From IMG/VR virus record IMGVR_UViG_3300010373_000010, positions 1 to 60,780 of that record: 60,780 nucleotides of DNA. One strand, written 5' to 3'. Shown here piece by piece: positions 37,396-45,468 of this stretch. The notes beneath the pieces are model-generated. The model did not search any database, had not been told where the DNA came from, and was given only the letters and a program-made list of their open reading frames with translations. This DNA is from a virus. Lineage: Duplodnaviria > Caudoviricetes. Both the position numbers and the translations under genes were made by a program. The stretch's first letter is position 1. The number at the start of each line of letters is the position of its first letter.

Positions 37396-37490
37396 GTTGA
37401 TCTCCGCTAAACCCCCGGGTCCTACACCACGTTGCGCATCGGGGGAGACACAGCGCGTGGCATCAGAACCCGGGGGCCAGCCTTCGGTTA

Positions 37491-38585
37491 CTACTTCCCG
37501 GTAGAGGAAGTAATCAATGCCTTGTTGGAGTGAATCCACTTCACCAACGAAGGGCTATTCAGCAGCACGCTGCCGCTGCGCTCCAGCAGCGACTTGGCCA
37601 TTGACACCTGGACCTCCTTCGGAAGCCGCTCGGTATACTGCCAGAGCTTGTCGATGTTGCCCGGCTTGGCGTAGTGGATGCACATCTGGCCGGCGGCCCA
37701 CCCCGCGGACATGTCGGTCGGGCACTTTGCCTTCTTGGGGTCTGCCTCGATCTCTTCCAGCGTGGGCAGCTTGTCATAGACCTTCAAGAAGCCGAACAGA
37801 TCCGCGGTCGCACCTTCGCCGATGTCGCCCATCACGGCCAGCATGCTCAGCTCGTCCATGGGCAGCTCCAGATCCACCAGCATGCCGTCGGCATCGCGCT
37901 CTTTGCCCACCTGCAAGAAGTTGGCTGCGCGGGCCAGGGACCGGGCGGTGCTGAACGGCTTGTCCGTGGATGGAACCTCGTTCACGAACGCGACGGTCGG
38001 ATGCGACTTCGCCCAGGCAATGATGAGCGGATGCACACCATGCCTCTCCGCCCAGACGGCCCAGCTCAGCGCGTCGTTTTCGAGCGGAATTTCGCGAACA
38101 CGATTGCGGACGTGAGACGGCTGACGAACAACACCAGCCCGATCCGACATGCGATTGGACGCAGCCCAAACCTGCCACCCGGGCGGTAGAGTCTCATTAC
38201 CAAACCGTTTGGATAGCAGAACCGGGGCGAGAGCCTTCTGTGTAAGCATCTCGGCAGACGACAGCTCGTCAACCAAGTAAATCCCGCGGGGGTGCTGTGC
38301 CAGATATTCACGGCTGGGCAACTCCGGTGACCGAGTGAACGCTGAGCCTGCGGTGCCGTCCGGATTCTTGATCGGCAGCAGGAAGCCCTTGTAATCCGGC
38401 GCGTCGAGCGTCGGCGCGAGCGAGTCGTGGAAGCCGAACTTCTCGCCGTAGGCATCGGACAGAATCGAGACGATCTCGTTCTGAATCACCTGCGACTTGC
38501 CACAGCCCGGCGGTCCGATGAGATGGATGGTATCGCCGCTCTCATAGAGCGGGCGGGCCAGCTTCGTCAGATCCAGAATACGCAT
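37491..38585 (-). CDS. MoxR-like AAA+ ATPase
   Basis: GPPGCGKS Walker A, YLVDELS Walker B, AASNR..DRAGV..P..VRNR, STARS. Confidence 0.9.
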   Translation of the reverse strand: MRILDLTKLARPLYESGDTIHLIGPPGCGKSQVIQNEIVSILSDAYGEKFGFHDSLAPTLDAPDYKGFLLPIKNPDGTAGSAFTRSPELPSREYLAQHPRGIYLVDELSSAEMLTQKALAPVLLSKRFGNETLPPGWQVWAASNRMSDRAGVVRQPSHVRNRVREIPLENDALSWAVWAERHGVHPLIIAWAKSHPTVAFVNEVPSTDKPFSTARSLARAANFLQVGKERDADGMLVDLELPMDELSMLAVMGDIGEGATADLFGFLKVYDKLPTLEEIEADPKKAKCPTDMSAGWAAGQMCIHYAKPGNIDKLWQYTERLPKEVQVSMAKSLLERSGSVLLNSPSLVKWIHSNKALITSSTGK

Positions 38586-39135
38586 CGAGTGGACTCCTAA
38601 CTTTGGTTGGTTTCAACAACGTGGGGATAAGCTCCCCATCGGCTCGGGGGACCAAGACGAGTTGCTTCATCTGGTCCCAGAACTCTCGTATCTCGCCTTC
38701 GGGGACGATGGCGGGGTTGTACCCTGTGCGGGCTTTGATCGCGTCGCGCATCGCGCCTTGCGATGGGTTGGCGCCGAATACCGCGTACACGGGGCTGGTC
38801 TCCAGCCGCTCGATCCGCCACGAGAAGGACTTCCAGGCAAGCGGGAACTGTGCGTACCCGTTGAGCGCAGTGACTGCGCGGTGGTATTCGATGTCGATCT
38901 CATCGCCTGGATAGCACCACGGAAGAACGGTCGTAACCTTGAAGTAGCTGTCACGAAACGTGGGGCGATTCGCCACGTGGAAGATATGAAGCCATCTGCG
39001 AAACTCCCCGTTCGGTAGCTTGAACTGCGATAGGTCCACAGTATGAACCTGAAATATAGGCGCAGTCAATATCTCGCGTGTGACGTCCTCATCAAAATCC
39101 TGCTCCAATACCGTGAAGCCGGTCCGGGTCTGCAT
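38542..39135 (-). CDS. Hypothetical protein
   Basis: Operon-consistent ORF. Confidence 0.65.
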   Translation of the reverse strand: MQTRTGFTVLEQDFDEDVTREILTAPIFQVHTVDLSQFKLPNGEFRRWLHIFHVANRPTFRDSYFKVTTVLPWCYPGDEIDIEYHRAVTALNGYAQFPLAWKSFSWRIERLETSPVYAVFGANPSQGAMRDAIKARTGYNPAIVPEGEIREFWDQMKQLVLVPRADGELIPTLLKPTKVRSPLDAYSGSDEAGPPAL

Positions 39136-39136
39136 C

Positions 39137-39682
39137 TCACTTCTCCGGGCCGTGCTCGCTCGCCGCTGCGATGAACAGCAGGTCTTTGAACTTGGCGTTG
39201 TCCTTCGCGAGCATCTTCATCAGGTTGGCTTGTAGCTCGCTGATCGCCTCGTGTTTGATCTGCTTGGCACCAGCGCCGATATTCTCATCGGTAACTTGCT
39301 GCCGAGTCTCTTTCAGGATCTTGGCAAGCGCCGTGTAATGCTGTTGTGTGAACATGGTGAAAAGACTCTCCTCATCAGAATAGGTGCTGGCATTCATCAA
39401 ATCGTTGTTGAGCCAGCCTTTCGCTTGCTTGTACTGCTCCTCACCGAGAGTCTGCATCAGGTACAAGCGGCTCAGAATGTCCGTCATCCGTCCGTGGTGG
39501 TCTTTCATCCTGGCCTGTGCGCTCTGCACTTCTCTAGCTGCTATACCAACTCGGTGGTCGGCGGCCCGACGAGCATCCGCGATTGCCCCCTCGGCCGCCG
39601 CGACCTTCTGCCGCATGATGACCAACTCTTCGCGTCCACGCCGCAGGTTGGCCTGGGTATTACGGTCGCGTTTACTTCCCAC
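39137..39682 (-). CDS. Hypothetical protein; C-terminal part (from MFTQQHY, about 39354) resembles a small phage early protein
   Basis: HY..LA.IL..L..DN.KF....F..A motif; may be a fusion or two start sites. Confidence 0.6.
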   Translation of the reverse strand: MGSKRDRNTQANLRRGREELVIMRQKVAAAEGAIADARRAADHRVGIAAREVQSAQARMKDHHGRMTDILSRLYLMQTLGEEQYKQAKGWLNNDLMNASTYSDEESLFTMFTQQHYTALAKILKETRQQVTDENIGAGAKQIKHEAISELQANLMKMLAKDNAKFKDLLFIAAASEHGPEK

Positions 39683-39965
39683 GATATACCCTCCAAGCCG
39701 GATTGTTGCTCATGTATTGACGATAGATCCTGGCATATGGGTCAGGATGCTCCTTGAGATACTTGTCGTGTTGGCTCTGTAAGAAGCGGCGATACCGACG
39801 CCCCCACTTCGGCTTGAGGCCATAAGACGGCGGCGCTCCGGTTGCGACCCATAGCAGTTCGTGAGTCGCGCAGAACAATGCCTTGTCGATAGAAACCTCA
39901 CGACAGTGCGGGACTCGGCATTCACGCCCCTCACGTGGCATCGGTGGTGCGCCGTTGCGTGCCAT
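39672..39965 (-). CDS. Hypothetical Cys/His-containing protein
   Basis: C.VPHC..FC..H; GAGG RBS. Confidence 0.55.
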   Translation of the reverse strand: MARNGAPPMPREGRECRVPHCREVSIDKALFCATHELLWVATGAPPSYGLKPKWGRRYRRFLQSQHDKYLKEHPDPYARIYRQYMSNNPAWRVYRGK

Positions 39966-40158
39966 CGTCGTTCCTCTTGTTGCGACCCCACCGCACGATG
40001 AAGTAACGATTGCGGGCGACCCACTTCGAGAACGTTGGGCTGCGAAGGATCTCCATCGCCAAGCCGCTGCTCTCTACATAGGATGCGATCGTCTGAATCT
40101 GCTCGTCTGTTGGATCTTCATCGACAAGCAGCTTATGAAACTCATCAAGACTGGCCAT
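39931..40158 (-). CDS. Hypothetical protein (MASLDEFHK...)
   Basis: GGAGG RBS before ATG 40158. Confidence 0.6.
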   Translation of the reverse strand: MASLDEFHKLLVDEDPTDEQIQTIASYVESSGLAMEILRSPTFSKWVARNRYFIVRWGRNKRNDDGTQRRTTDAT

Positions 40159-40210
40159 GTTGCCTCCAGATGATTGAGGGGATGCCCGGTGTAACCCAGG
40201 CATCCGACTA

Positions 40211-40600
40211 TCACCCGGCGGTGCGGGTCGCGAGCTGACGCTTCAGCTCATCGATGTCTTTGCGGGCATCGCGGGCTTCGCGCTCCAGCGTCTTGATCCG
40301 CGGGCACAGATGGCCGTGCAGCGAACTGAGACCATCCTTGACGATGCTGACCAGGGTGTCCACGAACTGCTTGGGCGTCGGCTCGTCGTCCTCATCCGAG
40401 GCCGGCGAGGAGGTCTCGGAGTTCGGCGGCGTCGTCGTTGACGCTCCGTTCACGATCTCCTCGACGATCTTGAACGGGTTGCGGTCCTTCAGCTCGCTGG
40501 ACAGATCGACCTTGACTACTTCGACCCTGACTCCCTTCGCTTCCATCTTTTCCACGAACGCCCGCACTTCCGGCGGCAGCGTGCTCTTGTCGATCGACAT
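40211..40600 (-). CDS. Hypothetical protein (MSIDKSTLPP...)
   Basis: GAGGT RBS, strong GC3 codon bias, C-terminal coiled coil. Confidence 0.7.
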   Translation of the reverse strand: MSIDKSTLPPEVRAFVEKMEAKGVRVEVVKVDLSSELKDRNPFKIVEEIVNGASTTTPPNSETSSPASDEDDEPTPKQFVDTLVSIVKDGLSSLHGHLCPRIKTLEREARDARKDIDELKRQLATRTAG

Positions 40601-40717
40601 GATTGGTAACCTCTGACTGTGTTGAGAATGCATTGACAACATCCGCCGCGTGCTTCAAGTGCGATTCCACGTTGGCGGAACGACGTGGGTCGCCATTACA
40701 AATCGGACAATAGGTGC

Positions 40718-40858
40718 TCATCGGAACAACTCCGACCAGATGCTGTACCAGCGATAGGCTTCCACCACTTCGAGCAGGAGCATCAGCGTGATGCCGATGA
40801 GACACGCGAGAAGAATGATCTCGCGTTCAGGTGGCGGTGGTTTCTGAGCATAGGCCAT
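40718..40858 (-). CDS. Small single-TM protein (MAYAQKPPPPERE..., 46 aa)
   Basis: AGGAG RBS; hydrophobic IILLACLIGITLMLLLEVV; below the ORF-track cutoff. Confidence 0.6.
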   Translation of the reverse strand: MAYAQKPPPPEREIILLACLIGITLMLLLEVVEAYRWYSIWSELFR

Positions 40859-40871
40859 GTTAACCAACTCC

Positions 40872-41135
40872 TGCTGGCTCGGTCAAGAGCGCGGGGTCGT
40901 TGACAGGTATGACCCACGTCTCAATTTCGTCTGATTCTTGGTCGATAAAGCGGGTGGCTTCCTCGGTCGTATCGAACGGCCCGAAAGCCTGGAACCCGTC
41001 GATCGGGTTACCGGTAAGAATTACACTGGCCATGATGATCTCGCTGTAAAGGTTCTAGCTAGAGCGATGCTTGGCCGGGCTGAGCGGGCTGGCACGGTAG
41101 TTGCTTATGTCACCGTGCCCGTCATGTGACGGGTT
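40872..41135 (+). ncRNA. Candidate structured leader/ncRNA of the inverted island
   Basis: At least 6 stems; four contain G-U pairs only on the + strand. Confidence 0.45.
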
Positions 41136-41163
41136 TCACAATCCTAACTAGGAGTTACCTATC

Positions 41164-41892
41164 ATGAACACGCTTGACAAGATCGCGAGTGCTCACTACG
41201 TCGCAAACGATGCCCAGATCGAAGCCCTGGCGCGAGAACAGTATATATCCACGGCCCAGGTCTCGGTGGCCAATGCGACATATCTCAGGGTACTCGTCGC
41301 AGGCTGCCAAGCTGAACTTGGAGGAAGACGGGGCCGCGCACCGGTGCGACCCGACGCCCAGTCAGCGGTTCTGGAGCGAGTACACGAGCGCTTCTACGCC
41401 GCAGTGCTGAGAGGGGTGACCACTGAAGATGTGGTTGCGGATGATAGTCTGGATCGAGCAGAGAAGGGACGAAGGATGCTCGAACGCAACCGTCGGTCGG
41501 GCTTCGCGCGATCCGCAGCGACCACCCTGAGAAACTATGTCCAAGCCGGGGGTGATCTCCGTGCCTTGGACGTGGAAACCACCACGAAGACGGCGTTGCA
41601 GCAGTTCGTGGCATCAAAGGCTGCTCCTGATGTGGATCGGATCGGCGCGCGGGTCGCGCGGGCTGAGCGGACGTTGCTGGCTGCGCTGAAGCGCATGGCC
41701 AAGGAAGACCCCGACCGCGCGGCCGAGGCCATGGAAGCCATTACGGAGCATCTTCAAGTGGCTCTCAGTGAGCTGGAACCGAGTCCGCAAGTGGTTGCCG
41801 GAACTCAGGCAGAGGCCGCACCCACTCCCAGGCATGCTCGGACCCGAGTAGGCGTACCGTTCATGCGATTGCCACAGGGTAGATCGCCGTGA
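41164..41892 (+). CDS. Hypothetical helical protein (242 aa), first gene of the inverted island
   Basis: AGGAG RBS; long ORF opposite in strand to its neighbours. Confidence 0.75.
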   Translation: MNTLDKIASAHYVANDAQIEALAREQYISTAQVSVANATYLRVLVAGCQAELGGRRGRAPVRPDAQSAVLERVHERFYAAVLRGVTTEDVVADDSLDRAEKGRRMLERNRRSGFARSAATTLRNYVQAGGDLRALDVETTTKTALQQFVASKAAPDVDRIGARVARAERTLLAALKRMAKEDPDRAAEAMEAITEHLQVALSELEPSPQVVAGTQAEAAPTPRHARTRVGVPFMRLPQGRSP

Positions 41893-42137
41893 CCACGCAC
41901 GACCCGGTATCCAATATCCAGCTCAGCAGGCTCGAATGCGTGTGGCTGTTGCGCCGTATGAGGCACGACCGCGACGAGTTATACGAGACCCTGCTAGCGC
42001 TGGAGGAACGGATCAAGAGCGGGCACAACGGAGAGCTTGTCAGCGCACACCATGCGATCGATGCTGATCTCATGATCTGCGACGCAGTGATACGAGAACT
42101 CTGGAAAACCTGCGGCACAGGAGAACATCCGAAATGA
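41889..42137 (+). CDS. Hypothetical protein
   Basis: GTGA overlap with the upstream gene. Confidence 0.6.
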   Translation: MTTHDPVSNIQLSRLECVWLLRRMRHDRDELYETLLALEERIKSGHNGELVSAHHAIDADLMICDAVIRELWKTCGTGEHPK

Positions 42138-42310
42138 AGACCCGATACCGGTTGGAACCGATACCAGACAGCACGCATCAATGGAGGTTGCTAATCCTGC
42201 GTCCACGGAAAGGCGCTCGCGGCGGTAAACGCTACGTGTGCATTGCCATCGGCACAGGGATGAAGAACATGCAGGAGTTGGAACACGCGCTGCGTAGGTA
42301 TCTCGCCTAG
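42134..42310 (+). CDS. Small basic hypothetical protein (MKTRYRLEPI..., 58 aa)
   Basis: ATGA overlap; ends just before the terminator. Confidence 0.55.
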   Translation: MKTRYRLEPIPDSTHQWRLLILRPRKGARGGKRYVCIAIGTGMKNMQELEHALRRYLA

Positions 42311-42312
42311 AG

Positions 42313-42347
42313 AAAAGGGGCTGGCTCACAACCAGCCCCGATTCTTT
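42313..42347. terminator. Bidirectional intrinsic terminator
   Basis: AAAA-GGGGCTGG-loop-CCAGCCCC-GATTCTTT between convergent genes. Confidence 0.75.
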
Positions 42348-42531
42348 ACTTCTTGGTCGCCTGGATAACCAGAATCACCAACATGAGCAGGATGCTGATA
42401 GCAGTCCCGTTCAACAGCTCCATCGGCGTCCGGCTGAACCACTGCTGGTTGGCAGTGTACATGTGCCAGTAGTCGAGGAACTGAAGGATCGGGCATAGCA
42501 ACAGCATCCCGGCTCCGATAAGCCTCATCAT
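42346..42531 (-). CDS. Small 2-TM membrane protein
   Basis: AGGAG RBS; two hydrophobic segments. Confidence 0.6.
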   Translation of the reverse strand: MMRLIGAGMLLLCPILQFLDYWHMYTANQQWFSRTPMELLNGTAISILLMLVILVIQATKK

Positions 42532-42833
42532 GGAGTTGTCTCCTGCGGTTGTGGCAATCGATTGTAATCCAACACACGACCCAGCGCTGTGCGCCAAGTC
42601 TCGAAATCGGCATTGAGAGCAACGTGCGCCATGCACGCACCCATGTTGTTCGTGATCTGAAAGCCACCGCTGCCCTTGATGCGAGCACCGTTGATGAACT
42701 TCGGCGGCAGGTAGTCGGCTTTGTAGCCGACGAGCTGTAGCATCTCGAGCACGCCGTCCGGCAATGGCGGCCCGATGACCCAGCCGGCGCCTTCTAACCA
42801 GCCGACTGTGCGGCGTGGATTTACGGGCGCCAC
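42528..42833 (-). CDS. Hypothetical protein
   Basis: GTG start overlapping the upstream gene. Confidence 0.55.
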   Translation of the reverse strand: MAPVNPRRTVGWLEGAGWVIGPPLPDGVLEMLQLVGYKADYLPPKFINGARIKGSGGFQITNNMGACMAHVALNADFETWRTALGRVLDYNRLPQPQETTP

Positions 42834-42964
42834 AGCTCGATGCCCGCCTCGAAGGTCGATCGAACGACATGCCACACCACCCCAGCGATGTAGCACACTG
42901 GGATAATAGGCAACGTCATGATGACAGCGAGGCGCTGCATATTACGCCGTTGTGACTTGGTCAT
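42821..42964 (-). CDS. Small membrane protein (MTKSQRRNMQRL...)
   Basis: GGAGG RBS; hydrophobic core. Confidence 0.6.
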   Translation of the reverse strand: MTKSQRRNMQRLAVIMTLPIIPVCYIAGVVWHVVRSTFEAGIELWRP

Positions 42965-42974
42965 TGTGGCCTCC

Positions 42975-43009
42975 AAAAAGACAGCCCGCTCGATGCGCGC
43001 CGCGGGCTG
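42975..43009 (-). terminator. Intrinsic terminator directly upstream of an RBS
   Basis: Minus strand CAGCCCGC-loop-GCGGGCTG-TCTTTTT followed at once by GGAGG. Confidence 0.7.
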
Positions 43010-43304
43010 GGGTCTGTAGTGAACGAACTCTACCACAGCAAAAACAACAAGGCTAGATCGCTGTCTCGTTGCAGTTGGCCACAGAGCGTTGGATGCAGCA
43101 GAACAGGGTGCAGCAGTAAGGCCGCGTCAGCCGGTCGGTCGCGCTCCAGTCAGGTAATATACCCTCTGGGCGTTGCCCTAGCACCTTTTCGCCTTGGGAT
43201 GGGCTCAGTGAACCCATTCCAAGACGCCAGCCCGTGCAGTGCTGTTTCGCTATTCTCACGGAGTAACCCGGGAAGTCAGCAGTCGCTGCGTGGGCTGGAC
43301 GGTC
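43010..43304 (-). ncRNA. Candidate structured intergenic RNA
   Basis: Stems at 43190-43226 and 43227-43298 and further small hairpins; no convincing ORF. Confidence 0.4.
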
Positions 43305-43766
43305 TTAGGCTATGCCTCTTCGCATCACGGCGGCCGGCAGATGCGCCGAGACCGCGCTGCGGTCACTGGGCTTGTTGCGCACGACCCGCGTGATCTTGCG
43401 CACAGCCTTCAGCTTCCGCTTGGTCTCGTGGACGCGATTGGCGAACCGGATCAGATTGCGCCAGCGACGTTTCATCATGTAATCGATGTCGTACTGGTTG
43501 TTGGTTTCGCGTCGGATGCGATGCACGACTCGCGTATCGCTCTGGTCCCAGCGCATATACGACTGGCTCTCTCGATTGATGCTCTTGCCCAGCAGCACCG
43601 CTGCGCCGCCGGTCGGACAGAACCCGTTGCGGGCGCAGTGATCGGCGAACGCCTGCGTCAGCTCGAAGCTCTTGCCACCCAGCTCGTTCTGCAATTGGAC
43701 AGCGTAGCTGGCGTAGCATCCCCTGCGTACCTTCATGCAGTACGCGTATGTGACTCGTCTTGCCAT
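43305..43766 (-). CDS. Basic hypothetical early protein
   Basis: AAAGCGAGGTAAC RBS; Arg/Lys-rich. Confidence 0.7.
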   Translation of the reverse strand: MARRVTYAYCMKVRRGCYASYAVQLQNELGGKSFELTQAFADHCARNGFCPTGGAAVLLGKSINRESQSYMRWDQSDTRVVHRIRRETNNQYDIDYMMKRRWRNLIRFANRVHETKRKLKAVRKITRVVRNKPSDRSAVSAHLPAAVMRRGIA

Positions 43767-43767
43767 G

Positions 43768-44007
43768 TTACCTCGCTTTTGGAAGGTTGGATTCCAGGTA
43801 CTCGATCAGATACTTGGCATACGCCGTGACGAAATCATACTTCACGCCGTTGATCTCGAACACGAACTGGATCTCAGAATTGAGCACGGCTTGGCGATAC
43901 CGCTCTTTGAATTTCTCCAGCAGCGGTCTCGTCCAGCCGATGGTTGTGTCAGGCATGTGCAGATACTCCAGCAGCTTACCTCGGTGACCATGAAGCGCGT
44001 AGGCCAT
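43768..44007 (-). CDS. Hypothetical early protein
   Basis: F.F..G..F...YAKYLIEYLE motif typical of small phage early proteins. Confidence 0.7.
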   Translation of the reverse strand: MAYALHGHRGKLLEYLHMPDTTIGWTRPLLEKFKERYRQAVLNSEIQFVFEINGVKYDFVTAYAKYLIEYLESNLPKAR

Positions 44008-44170
44008 GGTCACCTGGGTAGACTACTTCATAATATCACCCGTGTTTGTATCAGCGCACCCTCCGGTGACAGCATGCTCGACCTCGCAGGAGAGGTTCGC
44101 GGACGTCACTAGGTTCGATCGGTCGGCTATTCAACCGGCGAAGCGGGCTGAGGGGGTGGTGGGAAGCAGG

Positions 44171-44290
44171 TTAGAACCCTTCTTCGTCGTCAGAGTCGCC
44201 CATCCCGAAGTGGATGAACTTGCCCGTGAGCAGGCACAGCGCGGCGTCGATTACGAACACCGCGATGGTAATCAGCGTGACCTCGATCAT
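44171..44290 (-). CDS. Small single-TM protein (MIEVTLITIAVFVID..., 39 aa)
   Basis: ATGA overlap, GGAG RBS, hydrophobic N-half and acidic tail. Confidence 0.55.
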   Translation of the reverse strand: MIEVTLITIAVFVIDAALCLLTGKFIHFGMGDSDDEEGF

Positions 44291-44529
44291 GAAAGCAGTC
44301 TCCGTCTTTCCATCCGCGGGAGCATGCTCCGGCACCAGCGGATCTCGGTGAGTATCACGGCCCTCCGGACCGCGCGAGCGCTCTGGCTATCCCAGCGCTC
44401 TGGGTACGCATCGATGTAGGCTAGCTCGTTCAGCAGGTCTTCGATCGTCCGGTGAAGGGTACCCAGGCCGGGCGTCGCAGACTCAGCATTCGAGCAGCTT
44501 GGGTCTTCCACGGGCCTTGCGTGCTGCAT
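44287..44529 (-). CDS. Hypothetical protein
   Basis: Operon-consistent ORF. Confidence 0.5.
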   Translation of the reverse strand: MQHARPVEDPSCSNAESATPGLGTLHRTIEDLLNELAYIDAYPERWDSQSARAVRRAVILTEIRWCRSMLPRMERRRLLS

Positions 44530-44692
44530 CGATCATCTCCGTGAGTTTAGACTGGCGCTCTCGGGCAGCATTACGCATGTCCTCAAGAGCGTTGATATAT
44601 CTATCCCAGGTCTGCTCAAAGTCAAGCTCGGCTGCATCCCCTCCATCAGTCGGGTTATGGCTCTGAGCAGAGCCTTGTTTAAGAAGGCTCAT
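44483..44692 (-). CDS. Hypothetical protein
   Basis: AAAGCGAGGTAAC RBS (same 13-mer as before 43766); C-terminal RGRPK. Confidence 0.6.
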   Translation of the reverse strand: MSLLKQGSAQSHNPTDGGDAAELDFEQTWDRYINALEDMRNAARERQSKLTEMIDAARKARGRPKLLEC

Positions 44693-44857
44693 ACTCGTTA
44701 CCTCGCTTTGTAACCAGGATCATAGAACACAGTCACAAAGCCCGCCCAGCCGGCGAGGCTAGGTAAGCCGTATGCTATCCGGGAACTTGATGACAACATC
44801 AGCGCAGTGCCTTCTGTCTCGTCGGTCCTCGGATCTACGCGGGCTGAGCGGGCTTTG

Positions 44858-45178
44858 TCACGATGATCTACGTTCTCGGAATCGTCTCTGGCGCTCGCGG
44901 TTCAGCTCTCGCGTGTGCTCGCTGAGCTTATACTTGCGCTGCTGTACGGGCGTTGCGGTTGCGTCTACGTAACGCCCATGGTTTATCAGCCAGCGGCGTA
45001 ATCTACCAAATTTCCTTTGTAATCCAAGCACTTCCATTAGCTGCTGAAGCGTGCCTACTGGCGAGTCTGGATCATCCGGATCGAGCGTAAACCTATCCTC
45101 AAGGTCTATTTTTCCTGTAACGACTAGGCGCCGGATGAATAAGTAACGCTCATAGCACTTGGTCCAATGGTCTTTCAT
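44858..45178 (-). CDS. Hypothetical basic protein next to the putative origin
   Basis: Low-GC ORF with a basic C-terminus (NRERQRRFRERR). Confidence 0.55.
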   Translation of the reverse strand: MKDHWTKCYERYLFIRRLVVTGKIDLEDRFTLDPDDPDSPVGTLQQLMEVLGLQRKFGRLRRWLINHGRYVDATATPVQQRKYKLSEHTRELNRERQRRFRERRSS

Positions 45179-45185
45179 ATGAACC

Positions 45186-45398
45186 TGTAACTGTGTACCG
45201 TGTAACTGTGCCTCGGAATACTCGCAGATCAGAGTGAGTAACGCAATGACGCGTAACGCGGGCTGAGGGGCCGAGCCCGCATGGTGCTATACAGTATACT
45301 ACTGTATAACATTATATATAATTATTCTATTTTAATAGTTACATAGTTACAATAATAGCTAAGTGATTGAATCTCTTAGCCGTCACTCTGTAATTGTG
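45186..45398. other. Putative replication origin (iteron-like repeats around an AT-rich core)
   Basis: TGTAACTGTG x2, GTAACGC x2, inverted TAGTTACA x2, TGTAATTGTG, a 9-bp inverted repeat, and the most AT-rich stretch I saw. Confidence 0.6.
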
Positions 45399-45468
45399 CC
45401 CCTGGCAACACGCACAAGGACACAATGACAGAGCCCTGAAGCCATCCTTGGCTTCAAGACCTTGCGGG

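Noticed and set aside
43215-43285. Hammerhead-like CTGA...TGAG...CGAAAC on the minus strand
   Set aside because: The CUGANGA core is interrupted, and stems I and III cannot be formed convincingly
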